DNA of 64,000 bases from Actinomycetota bacterium (GCA_036505215.1 DASXTW010000085.1:656-64655); one strand, 5' to 3'; shown: positions 19,042-29,680, numbered from the stretch's first letter. Notes: generated from the letters alone by a model not told the origin. Numbers and translations are program-made.

Positions 19042-19069
19042 TCCGGGCCATGGCGAACCGGGGAGTCGC

Positions 19070-20053
19070 ATGAAGGACATCGGCCTGGTCGGCGTCCCGT
19101 ATTCGGGAAAGTCCACGCTGTTCACCGCGCTGACTCGGACGGGAGCTGCCGGGGGCCGGGCCAACCAGGCCGTGGTTCCGGTACCTGACCTTCGGCTGAA
19201 GACTCTGGCCGATCTCGAGAGGTCGGAGAGGATCGTCCCGGCGCAGGTACGGTTCGTCGATGTTCCAGGTGGAACCTCCTCCCAGGGACTCGGGCAGCTC
19301 CGCGAGACCGACGCCCTGTGCGTGGTCCTTCGAGCCTTCGGTCCCGATCAGGATCCCCTGGGAGAGCTCTCGGAGGTCACCGCGGACCTGATCATCGCCG
19401 ACCTCGCGGTGGTCGAGACGGCCCTGGAGAACGCCCGGCGCAAGCTCAAGGGCCGGGGACAGGACGCCAGGCCCGAAGTGGAGATCCTGGAGGCGGCACA
19501 TGCCGCGCTCTCGTCGGAGACGCTCCTTCGCGATGCCGGACTGTCGGTCGAGGGGAACAAAGCTCTGCGGGGGCTTTCACTGCTGACCTTGAAGCCGTGG
19601 GTGGTGGTGGCCAACCTCGAAGAGAGCTCGACGCTCCCTGAGGGGCTCCCGGAGGGAACCGTCGGCGTCTGGGCCGAGATCGAGGCGGAGACGGCAGGCA
19701 TGCCGGCCGAGGAGGCGAGCGCTCTCCTGCGCGAGTTCGGGGTCGAGGAGCCTGGCCTGGGGCGTGTGGTCTCGGCTTGCTATCGGGGCCTCGACCTGAT
19801 CACGTTCCTGACCACCGGCGAGGACGAGACCAGGGCGTGGGAGGTGAAGAGCGGGGCCACCGCCCCGGAAGCCGCCGGCGTGGTCCACACCGACATGCAA
19901 AGGGGATTCATCCGAGCCGAAGTGATCCGGTATGAGGATCTGATCGAGGCTGGGGGCTGGGATGCCGCCAGAGCCAGGGGGCACATGAGGGTCGAGGGAA
20001 AGGACTATGTCGTGCAGGAGGGCGACGTCGTTCACGTCCGGTTCGCAGTGTGA
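19070..20053 (+). CDS. ychF: Redox-regulated ribosome-binding ATPase YchF/OLA1
   Basis: P-loop GLVGVPYSGKSTLF and the TGS-like C-terminus. The internal Met MKDIG was chosen as the start. Confidence 0.9.
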   Translation: MKDIGLVGVPYSGKSTLFTALTRTGAAGGRANQAVVPVPDLRLKTLADLERSERIVPAQVRFVDVPGGTSSQGLGQLRETDALCVVLRAFGPDQDPLGELSEVTADLIIADLAVVETALENARRKLKGRGQDARPEVEILEAAHAALSSETLLRDAGLSVEGNKALRGLSLLTLKPWVVVANLEESSTLPEGLPEGTVGVWAEIEAETAGMPAEEASALLREFGVEEPGLGRVVSACYRGLDLITFLTTGEDETRAWEVKSGATAPEAAGVVHTDMQRGFIRAEVIRYEDLIEAGGWDAARARGHMRVEGKDYVVQEGDVVHVRFAV

Positions 20054-20103
20054 GCCTACCTCGGGCTTCGCGGGGAGCCTCGGCAGCCGATCGAGGCCTG
20101 AGC

Positions 20104-20454
20104 TCAACCGTCTCGTGCATCTGGGAACTCCGGTGGCGGCTCGTCCACGAAGTCCAGCCGCCTGTCGAGGAGAGCGATCGTGAAGACGCGGTGAACCGTT
20201 TCGGAACCACGGATGAGGACCAGCCGCCTGCCCTCTTGTCGGGCTCGGAGGTCCGCCTCGACCACCAGCCTGATGCCGGAGGAATCCATGAACTCGAGGC
20301 CTCGGAGGTCGATCACCACCACATGGGGCTGCTTGGCCTCTGCCGCAGCCAGTACTTTCTCGACCTGTTCGATCTCTGAGATGTCGAGCTCCCCGAACAG
20401 GCTCACGAGGATTGCCCCCTCAGCCTCCCGAACGTCGGTCCGAAGTTGCGTCAC
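20104..20454 (-). CDS. STAS domain anti-sigma factor antagonist (SpoIIAA/RsbV-like)
   Basis: 116 aa with the STAS pattern (VIDLRGLEFMDSSGIRLVVEA) and a candidate phospho-Ser in DSSG. Confidence 0.8.
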   Translation of the reverse strand: MTQLRTDVREAEGAILVSLFGELDISEIEQVEKVLAAAEAKQPHVVVIDLRGLEFMDSSGIRLVVEADLRARQEGRRLVLIRGSETVHRVFTIALLDRRLDFVDEPPPEFPDARDG

Positions 20455-20463
20455 GGCCCCTCG

Positions 20464-23370
20464 TCAGCCCTTGACCTTGGCCACGAGCAGAGCCACGTCG
20501 TCCCGGGTGGCCTCCGGGCTGAACCCGACCAACGCGCGCTCGATCGCTTCCGCGATGCCTTTGGCGTCTTCCCCTCGGCAGGACCTGAGCACGGACTCCA
20601 AGCGGTCACGCCCGAAGATCTCGCCGCCCTCGCGGCGCTCCTCCAGGACGCCGTCGGTGAACAGCACCAACGCGTCACCATGATGCAGGTCGACGGCGCA
20701 GTCCGTCAGTTCAGGATCGTTGAAGATGCCGAGCAGGGCTCCAGGGCTGCCGGCGGCCTCCACCGACCCGTCCGACCTGAGGACGAGGGGGAGGGGGTGG
20801 CCTGCGACGCAGACTGTCAACCGGGCTCCGCTCTCATGCGGTTTCAGCCTGACGTAGCAAACGGTGCAGAAGATGTGGTCGGAGCGCTGCTGCATCACCG
20901 CCTGGTTAAGACGGCTGAGGATGCTGCTCGGCTTCCGCTCCTGCAGAGCCACTGCCCGCAGGGTGTGGCGAGCGAGGCTCGTGACGACGGCTGCCTCCAC
21001 GCCTTTCCCGCAGACGTCTCCGATGGTCAGGGCCCACGAGCCGTCTCCGGTGTCGAAGACGTCGTAGAAGTCCCCTCCGACCTCGTTGCCCTCGCCCGCC
21101 CACCGGTACCGGCCCTCGACCTCCAACCCGGAGATTTCCGGCAGTGCCGGCGGAAGGAGACTCTCCTGCAGCCGCGTCGCCACACGGCGAATCTCTTGGA
21201 GGAGCCTGGCATTGTCCACCGCCAGCGCCGCACGCCGGGCCACCTCTTGAGCGAAGACGAGGTCGCCTTCGTCATACCGGCGGCCTGATTCCGCCGACAC
21301 CAACGTGATGGCCCCCAGTGTGCGGCCCCGAGCCACCATGGGCACGACCATCGCCGACCGAAGTCCCAAACCCAGCACGATCTCCAGGAACCCGGGGTCC
21401 GGAGCGGACTCCACCAGCACGGACTCCGGAATCTCGGCGATCATCTCCGGCCGCCCCGTGCGGAGGACCTTGGGGACGCCGGTGGGGGCCTCCGGGTCGG
21501 GTGGATACCGGTTCCTGAGCTCCCTTGCCAACTTCACTTTCTCCGGGTCCACGTGGGTCACGGCGACCTGGCGGATGGAGCCATCCGGTTCGAGCATGTC
21601 GATCGAGCACCAGTCGGCGAGCTGGGGGACGACGAGCCGCGCCACTCCCGCCAACGTCTCCTCGAATCCCTCGATGGACGCGGCCATCAGAGGGCCCGCC
21701 TCGGCCAGGAACCGTTGAGCCTGATCCACCCGCTTGCGCTCCGTGATGTCCGCAACCACGCCGGTCATGGCCAGGACCTTGCCGGATTCGTCCTTGATGC
21801 ACAGGCCCCTGCCTTCGATCCAGCGGATCGAGCCGTCGGGCCATATCACCCGATGTTCAATCTGGAAATCCGAGCCGGACTCACGGGCCCGCTCGATCGT
21901 CTCCATGATCCACTCGCGCTCCTCGGGATGGAGCCGCTCCTGGTACTCCTCGAAGGTGCCTCCGAACGTGCCCGGGGAAAGCCCGAATATCTCCTCGAGG
22001 GTCTCGTCCCAGGCCACCGCCCCCGTAGCGATCTCGTAATGCCAGGTGCCGAGCCTGCCGGCCTCCAGCGCGAGGCGTAACCGCTCCCGACTCTCGCGAA
22101 GCCGTTCCTCAACCGTTCGCCGCAGCGTGATGTCGCGCACGAACCCCGTGAACATCGGCGGGCCGGGGAGATCGACCCGGGCGACCGTGAGCTCGATGGG
22201 GAATTCGGTGCCGTCTGCCCGCATGCCCGTGAACTCGAAGCGCTGGCCCAGGAGCGGACCCTCCCCCGTGGCCAGGAAGCGGGCCAGCCCGGCCCTGTGT
22301 CGTTCACGGAGCTCCGGCGGCACGATGAGCTGGGCCATCTCCCTTCCAATGGCATCGTCCCGGAGGTAGCCGAAGGTTCTTTCCGCCGCGGGATTGAACT
22401 CGAGGACCTTGCCTTCGTGATCAATGGTGATGATGCAGTCGAGGGCGGCCTCCACGATGGCGGACTTCCTGGCCTCACTCTCCAGGACGGCCCGCTCGGC
22501 CTCCTTGCGTTCCATGAACTGGCCGATCTGGCTGCCGATCACCGAGAGAGCCAGAAGGAGATCGGCGTCCGGCTCCTGGATGTCCCGGCTGAAGAACTCG
22601 AGGACGCCCAGGACCTCCCTCCCGAAGAGGATGGGAAAACCAAAGGCTGCGTGGATGCCTTCCCGGCTGGCGCTGGGCGCCCTGGGGAAGTTGTCGTCCT
22701 TCGTCACGTCAGGGATCCAGGCAGAACGGGCTGCCGCCCACACCCGGCCTGGAAGGCCCACGCCCGGAGGAAAGAGCGATTCGCGAGTCACCCGTTCGAA
22801 CTCGGCAACCGCAGTGCTCGGGGCATGCCATACGTCGACGCACCGAATGCCCCCGAGTTCCTGGTCGACCCGCCATAGTGCTCCCATGGGCCACTCCAAG
22901 TTCACGCAGATCGCCTGAAGAATGGTCGGGGCGGCCTCGGCGAGAGACGAGGCCTCGGCCAGAGCTCGGGTTACGGCGGTCCGGGCGGCGAGGAGTCGCT
23001 CCTGGCGCACCCGGTCGGTGATGTCCACCGACACGCTGACGATCCCCTCGATGGCTTCGTCGGCGCCTCGGAGGGGGGAGAGCGTGGTGAAGGAGAGCAT
23101 GTGACTCCCATCCTTCCGCCGGATCTGGAACTCGCCTTCCCAGCCGTGCCCCGCCAGGACGGATGCCCGGATGTCGTCTGCCCGGCTCACGTCGCTCGGG
23201 GAGACCAACAGTTCTCGGAAATCCCGGCCCAGCGCCTCGTCCCTGGTCCAGCCGAACATGGCCTCGGCGGCCCGGTTCCAGTGAGTTGTCGCTCCCGTCA
23301 AGTCGGTGGCGGTAACCGCCGCATGGACTTGATCGAGGAGATATGCCTCGAATCCAGCCGAGGGCAGCAT
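20464..23370 (-). CDS. PAS/GAF multi-sensor PP2C-type serine phosphatase (RsbU/SpoIIE-like)
   Basis: 968 aa. Alternating PAS and GAF segments, then a PP2C domain with the metal-binding motif (GGDFYDV ... LTIGDVCGKGVEAA). Confidence 0.85.
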   Translation of the reverse strand: MLPSAGFEAYLLDQVHAAVTATDLTGATTHWNRAAEAMFGWTRDEALGRDFRELLVSPSDVSRADDIRASVLAGHGWEGEFQIRRKDGSHMLSFTTLSPLRGADEAIEGIVSVSVDITDRVRQERLLAARTAVTRALAEASSLAEAAPTILQAICVNLEWPMGALWRVDQELGGIRCVDVWHAPSTAVAEFERVTRESLFPPGVGLPGRVWAAARSAWIPDVTKDDNFPRAPSASREGIHAAFGFPILFGREVLGVLEFFSRDIQEPDADLLLALSVIGSQIGQFMERKEAERAVLESEARKSAIVEAALDCIITIDHEGKVLEFNPAAERTFGYLRDDAIGREMAQLIVPPELRERHRAGLARFLATGEGPLLGQRFEFTGMRADGTEFPIELTVARVDLPGPPMFTGFVRDITLRRTVEERLRESRERLRLALEAGRLGTWHYEIATGAVAWDETLEEIFGLSPGTFGGTFEEYQERLHPEEREWIMETIERARESGSDFQIEHRVIWPDGSIRWIEGRGLCIKDESGKVLAMTGVVADITERKRVDQAQRFLAEAGPLMAASIEGFEETLAGVARLVVPQLADWCSIDMLEPDGSIRQVAVTHVDPEKVKLARELRNRYPPDPEAPTGVPKVLRTGRPEMIAEIPESVLVESAPDPGFLEIVLGLGLRSAMVVPMVARGRTLGAITLVSAESGRRYDEGDLVFAQEVARRAALAVDNARLLQEIRRVATRLQESLLPPALPEISGLEVEGRYRWAGEGNEVGGDFYDVFDTGDGSWALTIGDVCGKGVEAAVVTSLARHTLRAVALQERKPSSILSRLNQAVMQQRSDHIFCTVCYVRLKPHESGARLTVCVAGHPLPLVLRSDGSVEAAGSPGALLGIFNDPELTDCAVDLHHGDALVLFTDGVLEERREGGEIFGRDRLESVLRSCRGEDAKGIAEAIERALVGFSPEATRDDVALLVAKVKG

Positions 23371-23611
23371 GGTCAGGCTCTCCGTAAGCTTCTCGGTGTT
23401 TGGGACGTATGCTCGCCCGGCCGGTGCCCCGCTGTCACGGCCCTGACCTCCGAACGAACCCTCGTGGTATCTACCCCGTAGGTACGCGCGATTGTATAAC
23501 CGAACCGATCAAACGCCGCGGCCGCAGGAGCTCTCGCGAGTTGGTCGCCATTGTGATAAATCGCCACAAACCTGTCCGGTCTGACACTGGTCGCGGCCCT
23601 CGCGATGGCCG

Positions 23612-24661
23612 TCAGGCGCTGGACTGCCGATGGGCCCATCCCAGCACGGATTCGAGAGGCTGGTAATTGAGGATGCGTTCCCTCGGGAAAGCTGCTCGAA
23701 TCGCCAGTGCAACACCGAATTCCACGTATTGGAGCTCCCGAAGGAGGTGGGCGTCGGTCCCGATCGAGATCCACACGCCTGCATCCCGAGCCAGCTCGAG
23801 GAGCCCGCAGTCCAGATCCTGCCGGCTTGGGTGCGCATCGATCTCCAGAGCCTTGCCCTCTTCGGCTGCCGTCTCGAAGACACGAGGCCAATCGGCCGAG
23901 AGTCCCTGTCGCCGGTTGAACACCCGCCCCCTGGGATGGGCCAGTACGTGAAAGGTGGGATTGCGCAGAGCCCGGACGTAGCGATCGGTCTGGTCCTCGG
24001 CCAGGCGAAGCTTCGAGTGGAACGCACCGAGGACCAGGTCCAATCGGGCGAGAGCCTCGGGCTCCATGTCCTGAAGGCCCTCCGGAGAGAGATTCATCTC
24101 GATGGATCGGAGCACGCGCAGACGAGAGCTCCGCGCTTCCAGCTCTTGGTTCACCCGGCCGATGTCCGCTCCTTGCTCGGCCAGCTGTTCCTCGTCCATC
24201 CCTCCGGCGATCTTCAACCCCTTCGAGTGGTCCGTGATGGCGATGAAGTCGTAGTTCCACAGGGCCTCGGCCTCCGCCACCACCTCCCGGAGGGGCGCCG
24301 CGCCGTCGCTCCATGTGGTGTGCATCTGGAGGTCGGCCCGAAGCTCTCGGATCCAGTCGGGATGGCGCTCGATGGTCGCGCGGACCTCCGACTTCGTCAG
24401 GAAGCCACGACGTAGCTCGGGCGGTTCCGGCGGTTCGATCGTCTCATCCAGGAGCCAGCCGGTGATGACCCCGGCCAGCCACGGACCCACCGACCGAAGC
24501 TCGGTCAACGGGCGATTTTGCTCGAGAAGCGACGAAGCCTCCACGGGCCAGAAGAACGCCGCACGGGAGGCCCGGCCGAGCGCCTTCCCGCGGTTGCTAC
24601 CGGCTTCTGCCTGCTCCACAGCGCGGGCCAGTAGCTCCGCGATCTGCGCATTGGTCAGCAT
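23612..24661 (-). CDS. PHP (polymerase/histidinol phosphatase) domain protein, PolX C-terminal-like
   Basis: 349 aa with PHP His/Asp motifs (QMHTTWSDG, ITDHS, AHP, GTDAH). Confidence 0.7.
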   Translation of the reverse strand: MLTNAQIAELLARAVEQAEAGSNRGKALGRASRAAFFWPVEASSLLEQNRPLTELRSVGPWLAGVITGWLLDETIEPPEPPELRRGFLTKSEVRATIERHPDWIRELRADLQMHTTWSDGAAPLREVVAEAEALWNYDFIAITDHSKGLKIAGGMDEEQLAEQGADIGRVNQELEARSSRLRVLRSIEMNLSPEGLQDMEPEALARLDLVLGAFHSKLRLAEDQTDRYVRALRNPTFHVLAHPRGRVFNRRQGLSADWPRVFETAAEEGKALEIDAHPSRQDLDCGLLELARDAGVWISIGTDAHLLRELQYVEFGVALAIRAAFPRERILNYQPLESVLGWAHRQSSA

Positions 24662-24737
24662 CGCTGAGGTCTACCAGATCGCGGGGAAGAGCAGGCTGGC
24701 TACGGGACTAGCGGCGATTCAGACCGATGGTGGCGAC

Positions 24738-26516
24738 TTAGCCTCGGGAGCCAGTAGAGGCGTCGCTCGGTCGAGCCTCGAGGCCGGTGCCGAGTCGCTC
24801 CTCGAGGATCCTCCGCGCCTCCGTCGCGTCGTTTGCGCCCTCGATCGCGGCCTGGACGGCCTGGCGGCACTCCCCGCGCGTAACGCGACGCAGGGTGTCT
24901 TTTACTTCGGGGATGGCCACCCTGTTCATCGACAGCTCGTCGATGCCCAGCCCAACGAGCGCCGCGGCAACCGTCGGGTCGCCTGCGGCCTCGCCGCACA
25001 CCCCGACCCAGGCGCCGCCCGCGTGTCCTGCCTGAACCACGCCCCGGATCAAGGACAGCACGTCGGGCTCGAGCACATCGGCAATGTCGGCGACGGCGCC
25101 GATCAGCCGGTCGGCCGCGAACAGGTACTGGAGCAGGTCGTTGGTCCCGATCGACAGGAAGTCGGCATGCGCGGCGAGCCGCCCGGCGCCCAGAGCGGCG
25201 GAGGGAACCTCGACCATCACTCCAACCTCGATGTCGGCGAGGTCCATCCCCTCCTCCTCCGCAACCCGCCCGAGAGTCTCCCCCGCCTGAACGAGCTCCC
25301 GAGCGGTCGACACCAGGGGGAACATGATCGCCAGCCGCCCTGCCTCCTCGCCCGAGACCGCGGCGCTGGCCCGCAGGAGCGCGCGGAGCTGGGCCCGAAA
25401 CAGGTCGGGACGCTGGAAGCTCAGCCGAATGCCTCGGAGCCCCAGGGCAGGGTTCTCCTCGGGCTCGCGCTCGACGAACGGCAGCGGCTTGTCCGCCCCG
25501 ACGTCGAGCGTGCGGAAGACTACCCGGTTGCCCGGGAAGGCCCGAAGCACCTCCGCATAGAAGACGACCTGCTCCTCCACCGTGGGAGCGGTCGTCCGGT
25601 CCAGGAACAGGAACTCGGTGCGGACCAGGCCGCTTCCCTCCCCACCGGCCTCAACGGCCGCCGGGAGGTGCTGGATCGCGCCGATGTTCGCCGCCAACTC
25701 GACCCGGTGCCCGTCGGCCGTGTGGCCGGGCTCGTCGCGCAGGGCCACCAGTTCCTCGCGCCGCCGTTCCTCGACACCCATCCGCCGCCTGATGGCATCC
25801 CGTTCCGACGCATCGGGACCCACGACCACCCCGCCGGTCCGGCCGTCCACCGCGACGACAGCGCCCCCGCCACCGACCGCATGGAGCAGGCCCGGGCACG
25901 ACACGACCGCGGGGATTCCGAGCGCGCGGGCCAGAATCGCGGCGTGGCTGGTGGGCGATCCGGTCTCGGTGACGATGCCGGCGATCACGTCCACGGGGAT
26001 GCTCGCCGTCTGTGAAGGCGTGAGCTCGTGGGCGACGATCACCGAGCGCACGCTCGGTGCCTGGCCGGCCGTGCTCCGCCCCAGCAGGATCTTGACGACA
26101 CGGTCCCGCACGTCGTCGAGGTCGGCCGCCCGCGCAGCGAGGTACTCGCTCGCCGATGCGACCAGGAGCTCCCGGAACGTCCCGAACGCCTCGACCACTG
26201 CCCGCTCGGCGGAGGCCCCGTCCCGGATCGCCTGATCCGCCAGTCTCGCCAGCTCGGGATCGGCGGCGAACTCCGCGTGGGCCTCGAAGATCTCGGCCTC
26301 GTCTTCGCCCGCGGTCGACTCAATGGTGTGGGCGAGCTCCCGAAGTTGCTCCTCGGCGCCTTCGAGGGCCGTGCGCAGCCGGGCCGTCTCCTCTTCGGCA
26401 GTCCCGGACCGCACCTTCGGCATGTCGTCCTCGATCGGCGGCTGGGGCACGATCACGAAGGCCGGGGCGAGGGCGGCGCCGGGCGCCGCCGCTCGCCCTG
26501 TGAGCCTGGTACTCAT
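24738..26516 (-). CDS. ptsI: Phosphoenolpyruvate-protein phosphotransferase (PTS Enzyme I)
   Basis: Active-site His region (TGSPTSHAAILARALGIPAVV) and the PEP-utilising domain (SIGTNDLLQY). Confidence 0.9.
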   Translation of the reverse strand: MSTRLTGRAAAPGAALAPAFVIVPQPPIEDDMPKVRSGTAEEETARLRTALEGAEEQLRELAHTIESTAGEDEAEIFEAHAEFAADPELARLADQAIRDGASAERAVVEAFGTFRELLVASASEYLAARAADLDDVRDRVVKILLGRSTAGQAPSVRSVIVAHELTPSQTASIPVDVIAGIVTETGSPTSHAAILARALGIPAVVSCPGLLHAVGGGGAVVAVDGRTGGVVVGPDASERDAIRRRMGVEERRREELVALRDEPGHTADGHRVELAANIGAIQHLPAAVEAGGEGSGLVRTEFLFLDRTTAPTVEEQVVFYAEVLRAFPGNRVVFRTLDVGADKPLPFVEREPEENPALGLRGIRLSFQRPDLFRAQLRALLRASAAVSGEEAGRLAIMFPLVSTARELVQAGETLGRVAEEEGMDLADIEVGVMVEVPSAALGAGRLAAHADFLSIGTNDLLQYLFAADRLIGAVADIADVLEPDVLSLIRGVVQAGHAGGAWVGVCGEAAGDPTVAAALVGLGIDELSMNRVAIPEVKDTLRRVTRGECRQAVQAAIEGANDATEARRILEERLGTGLEARPSDASTGSRG

Positions 26517-26525
26517 CTTCGCCCC

Positions 26526-26801
26526 TCATCCTTCCTCTGCCTCTCCCAGCCCGGACTCGACCAGCCGGACGAGCTCGGCCAGGGTCTCGGCGGCCCCGTC
26601 GCCCTCCGTCCGGATCACGATCTCATCGCCCTGGTGGCAGTCGAGTGTCAGGACCGAAAGAACGGACTTCGCGTTGACCTCCCGCCCATCCTTCATCACT
26701 ACCACGTCGGCCGACGATGCGGCCGCGGCCTTGGCGAAGACCTTCGCCGGCCGGGCGTGGAGCCCAGTCGCGTTTCGCAGCGTCACCGTCGCCTCAGGCA
26801 C
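26526..26801 (-). CDS. ptsH: Phosphocarrier protein HPr
   Basis: 91 aa with His15 motif (GLHARPA) and the Ser46 region (AKSVLSVLTL). Confidence 0.9.
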   Translation of the reverse strand: MPEATVTLRNATGLHARPAKVFAKAAAASSADVVVMKDGREVNAKSVLSVLTLDCHQGDEIVIRTEGDGAAETLAELVRLVESGLGEAEEG

Positions 26802-28272
26802 GTGCGGGCACCCCCGCGGCCGCGGGCACCCGAGCCTGACGGTGGAAGGCCTTCAGCGCGTTGACGAGGACCCCCGTGATCACGGTGCCGACGGCGATGG
26901 CCAGGAGGTACAAGGGCCAGTGGCCGATCAGGCCGATGACCCAGATGCCTCCGTGGGGGGCTCGCAGCGTCGCGTTGAACAGGAGCGACAGCACCCCCGT
27001 CGCCGCGGAGCCGACCATCAACGAGGGGATCACGCGGAGCGGATCAGCCGCGGCGAACGGGATGGCTCCCTCCGTGATGAACGAGGCCCCCAGCAGCCAT
27101 GCAGCCTGCCCGGCCCGCTTCTCGGCCTCGTTGTACAGGCCGGGCCGGACGACGGTGGCCAGGGCCATGCCGAGCGGAGGCGTCATCCCCGCGGCCATCA
27201 CCGCGGCCATGATCTGAAGGCCGCCCGGCTTCCCCGAGGCGAGCGACAGCAGCCCGAACGAGTAGGCGACCTTGTTGACCGGCCCGCCCATGTCGAACGC
27301 CATCATGGCCCCGATCAGGATCCCCAACAGGACCTCGTTCGTCCCGGACAGGCCGTTCATCCAGTCGGAGAGGTGCCGGTTCGCCGCCGCCACGGGCTCG
27401 CCGACCACCAGCAAGATGATCAGACCGACGATCAGGGAGCCGCCGATCGGATACACCAGGATCGGCATCATCTTGCTCACGGGGCCTCTAACCGGGATCC
27501 GCTTCAGCTCATTGACGACGTACCCGGCGAGCAGACCGGCGATCAGACCGCCGAGGAAGCCGGCGCCTACGGCGCTGGCGATCAGGCCGCCCACGATGCC
27601 CGGCGCGATCCCCGGCCGGTCGGCCATGGCGTAGGCGATGAACCCGGCGAGGATGGGAACGAGCATCCCGAACGCCGTCGACCCCAGTTTGAGCAGCACG
27701 GCGCCGAGCCACACCCTGAAGGCGACGTCCACGTCCCCCGGGTACATGACCTTCCCGGCGTCGTTGATGATGGTCACCTTGGTCACGGCGACCGCACCGC
27801 CGATGGCGAAGGCGAGGGCGATGAGGATGCCCCCGGCCACTACGAACGGGATCATGTAGCTGACGCCGGTCATGAGCCACCGCCGGATCGTCTCGCCCAC
27901 GCCGGCCCCCTCGGATGTGGGCACCTCGATGGGAGACGTTGCGACGTCGACTGCTCGCGCCGGTGCCGCACTGGCCGCTGCCGCCGCCCGGTCGAGAATC
28001 TCGGCCGCCTTGTCGATGGCCTCGCGCGTCCGGACCTCGACGAATGGCAGGCCGGCGAACCGCTCTCGGTCACGGACCATGGCGTCGACGGCGAAGATCA
28101 CGGCATCGGCTCCCGCGATCACCCGCGAATCCAGCGGGGGCGCGCCCGAGGCGCCTTGCACTTCGACCTGGATCTCGTGCCCCTTGTCCCGGGCGGCGAC
28201 CTCGAGGGCCTCGGCCGCCATCTCGCTGTGGGCGATCCCGGTGGGGCAGCTGGTCACAGCGACGAACTTCAT
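26794..28272 (-). CDS. fruA: PTS fructose-specific EIIBC component
   Basis: N-terminal IIB(Fru) with the Cys site (VTSCPTGIAHS) followed by a multi-TM IIC domain. Overlaps ptsH by 8 nt. Confidence 0.9.
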   Translation of the reverse strand: MKFVAVTSCPTGIAHSEMAAEALEVAARDKGHEIQVEVQGASGAPPLDSRVIAGADAVIFAVDAMVRDRERFAGLPFVEVRTREAIDKAAEILDRAAAAASAAPARAVDVATSPIEVPTSEGAGVGETIRRWLMTGVSYMIPFVVAGGILIALAFAIGGAVAVTKVTIINDAGKVMYPGDVDVAFRVWLGAVLLKLGSTAFGMLVPILAGFIAYAMADRPGIAPGIVGGLIASAVGAGFLGGLIAGLLAGYVVNELKRIPVRGPVSKMMPILVYPIGGSLIVGLIILLVVGEPVAAANRHLSDWMNGLSGTNEVLLGILIGAMMAFDMGGPVNKVAYSFGLLSLASGKPGGLQIMAAVMAAGMTPPLGMALATVVRPGLYNEAEKRAGQAAWLLGASFITEGAIPFAAADPLRVIPSLMVGSAATGVLSLLFNATLRAPHGGIWVIGLIGHWPLYLLAIAVGTVITGVLVNALKAFHRQARVPAAAGVPARA

Positions 28273-28733
28273 AGCTCGACCTCCTTTCGGATGATGTCGT
28301 ACACGGCCTCCGGCGAGCCAGCCTCGCGGAGCGCACTTCGGAATCCCTCGTGGATCAAGCGGCGGGCCAGGCGCGAGAGGACCCGGACGTGCAGGTCGTC
28401 GGCACCTTCAGGGGCGGCGATCAGGAAGATCAGGTCGGCAGTGCTGCCGTCCTCCGCCCCGAAATCCACCCCCGCCTCGCTGTGCCCGAACGCAACCGAC
28501 GGACGGACCACGGCGGGAGACTTGGCGTGAGGAATGGCGATCCCGGACTCCATCCCGGTCCCGCCGGTCTCCTCTTCCCGCGCCCAAACGGCGTCCACGT
28601 ACGTCGGGACGTCTCTCACGCGCCCGTCCGCTTCGAGGAGCTTGGCGAGCTCCTCGATCGCGGCCCGTCGCTCTGTGGCCGCGAGACTCACCGACACGAG
28701 TGATGGGTTCGTCAGCTCCTCGATGGTCGTCAT
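28269..28733 (-). CDS. PTS fructose/mannitol-type EIIA component
   Basis: 154 aa with the EIIA type-2 active His region (GIAIPHAKS). 4-nt overlaps on both sides. Confidence 0.85.
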   Translation of the reverse strand: MTTIEELTNPSLVSVSLAATERRAAIEELAKLLEADGRVRDVPTYVDAVWAREEETGGTGMESGIAIPHAKSPAVVRPSVAFGHSEAGVDFGAEDGSTADLIFLIAAPEGADDLHVRVLSRLARRLIHEGFRSALREAGSPEAVYDIIRKEVEL

Positions 28734-29680
28734 CCGATTCTCCCCCTGTTGTCGAGAGCTCGTCCGGCGTCGATCTCCTCAACCGTGACCGCGTCAACGT
28801 CGATATCCGTCGGACCCGGCATGCCGGTGCCGGGGAGGCGAACCGCGGCGGCTCCCCACGCGACAGCTGCGCGCACAGCCTCGGCTGCCACACCGTCCGT
28901 GGCCAGGAATCCGGCCAGCGTTGCGTCGCCGGCTCCCACGGTCGACCGCGGGATGACCGGCGTCGTCCACGCTCGTGTGGCGACGGCGTCGGAGACCGAA
29001 ACGGCCCCTCTCTCTCCGAGCGAGACCAGGACATGGCCTACGCCGCGGTCGAGGAGTCCGCGCGCGCCTTCCACGACGTCGCGCAGAGTGTGGATAGGCT
29101 TGCCCACGGCCTCGGCCAGCTCGTCGGCGTTGGGTTTCATGAGATCCGGGCGCATATCGATCGATTCGGTGAGAGCGGTTCCCGAGGCGTCCACCGCGAC
29201 GCGAACGCCCACCGCGTGGAGCTTCATCACGAGGCTCCCGTACAGGTCCTCTGGGACACCGGGCGGTAGCGCACCGCACAGCGCCACCCAATCTGCGCCC
29301 CGGCTGGCTTCAACCGTGGCTTCGACCAGCTCCGCCACTTCCTGCGACGTGAGCCTGGGGCCAGGAGCGTTCAGCTTCGTCACCGTTCCGTCTGGCTCGA
29401 CGATGGTCACGTTCTCGCGGATCGGCTCGGCGATCTGCACCGGCACCACGTCGAGGCCCCGGCTCGACAGGAGGTCCAACAGCTGATCTCCTTCACGGCC
29501 GCCCGTCGGGAGGACGGCTCGAGCGGAGATGCCGTTGGCGATCAAAGCCCGGGCGACGTTCACTCCTTTGCCGCCGGGATGCACGCGGGCCGCTGTGGCT
29601 CGAACGACCTCGCCCCGCTCCAGCGCAGGAATCTCCAGAGTCCGGTCAACGGATGGGTTCGCCGTGAGGGTGACTATCAC
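28730..29680 (-). CDS. fruK: 1-phosphofructokinase (PfkB family)
   Basis: PfkB motifs (HPGGKGVNVA, GAGD). Confidence 0.85.
   Translation of the reverse strand: MIVTLTANPSVDRTLEIPALERGEVVRATAARVHPGGKGVNVARALIANGISARAVLPTGGREGDQLLDLLSSRGLDVVPVQIAEPIRENVTIVEPDGTVTKLNAPGPRLTSQEVAELVEATVEASRGADWVALCGALPPGVPEDLYGSLVMKLHAVGVRVAVDASGTALTESIDMRPDLMKPNADELAEAVGKPIHTLRDVVEGARGLLDRGVGHVLVSLGERGAVSVSDAVATRAWTTPVIPRSTVGAGDATLAGFLATDGVAAEAVRAAVAWGAAAVRLPGTGMPGPTDIDVDAVTVEEIDAGRALDNRGRIG

Noticed and set aside
18569-19501. Minus-strand 310-aa ORF between the GGDEF/HD-GYP gene and ychF
   Set aside because: It overlaps ychF and the small plus-strand ORF, has Arg/Pro/Gly-rich low-complexity composition, and has no domain signature.
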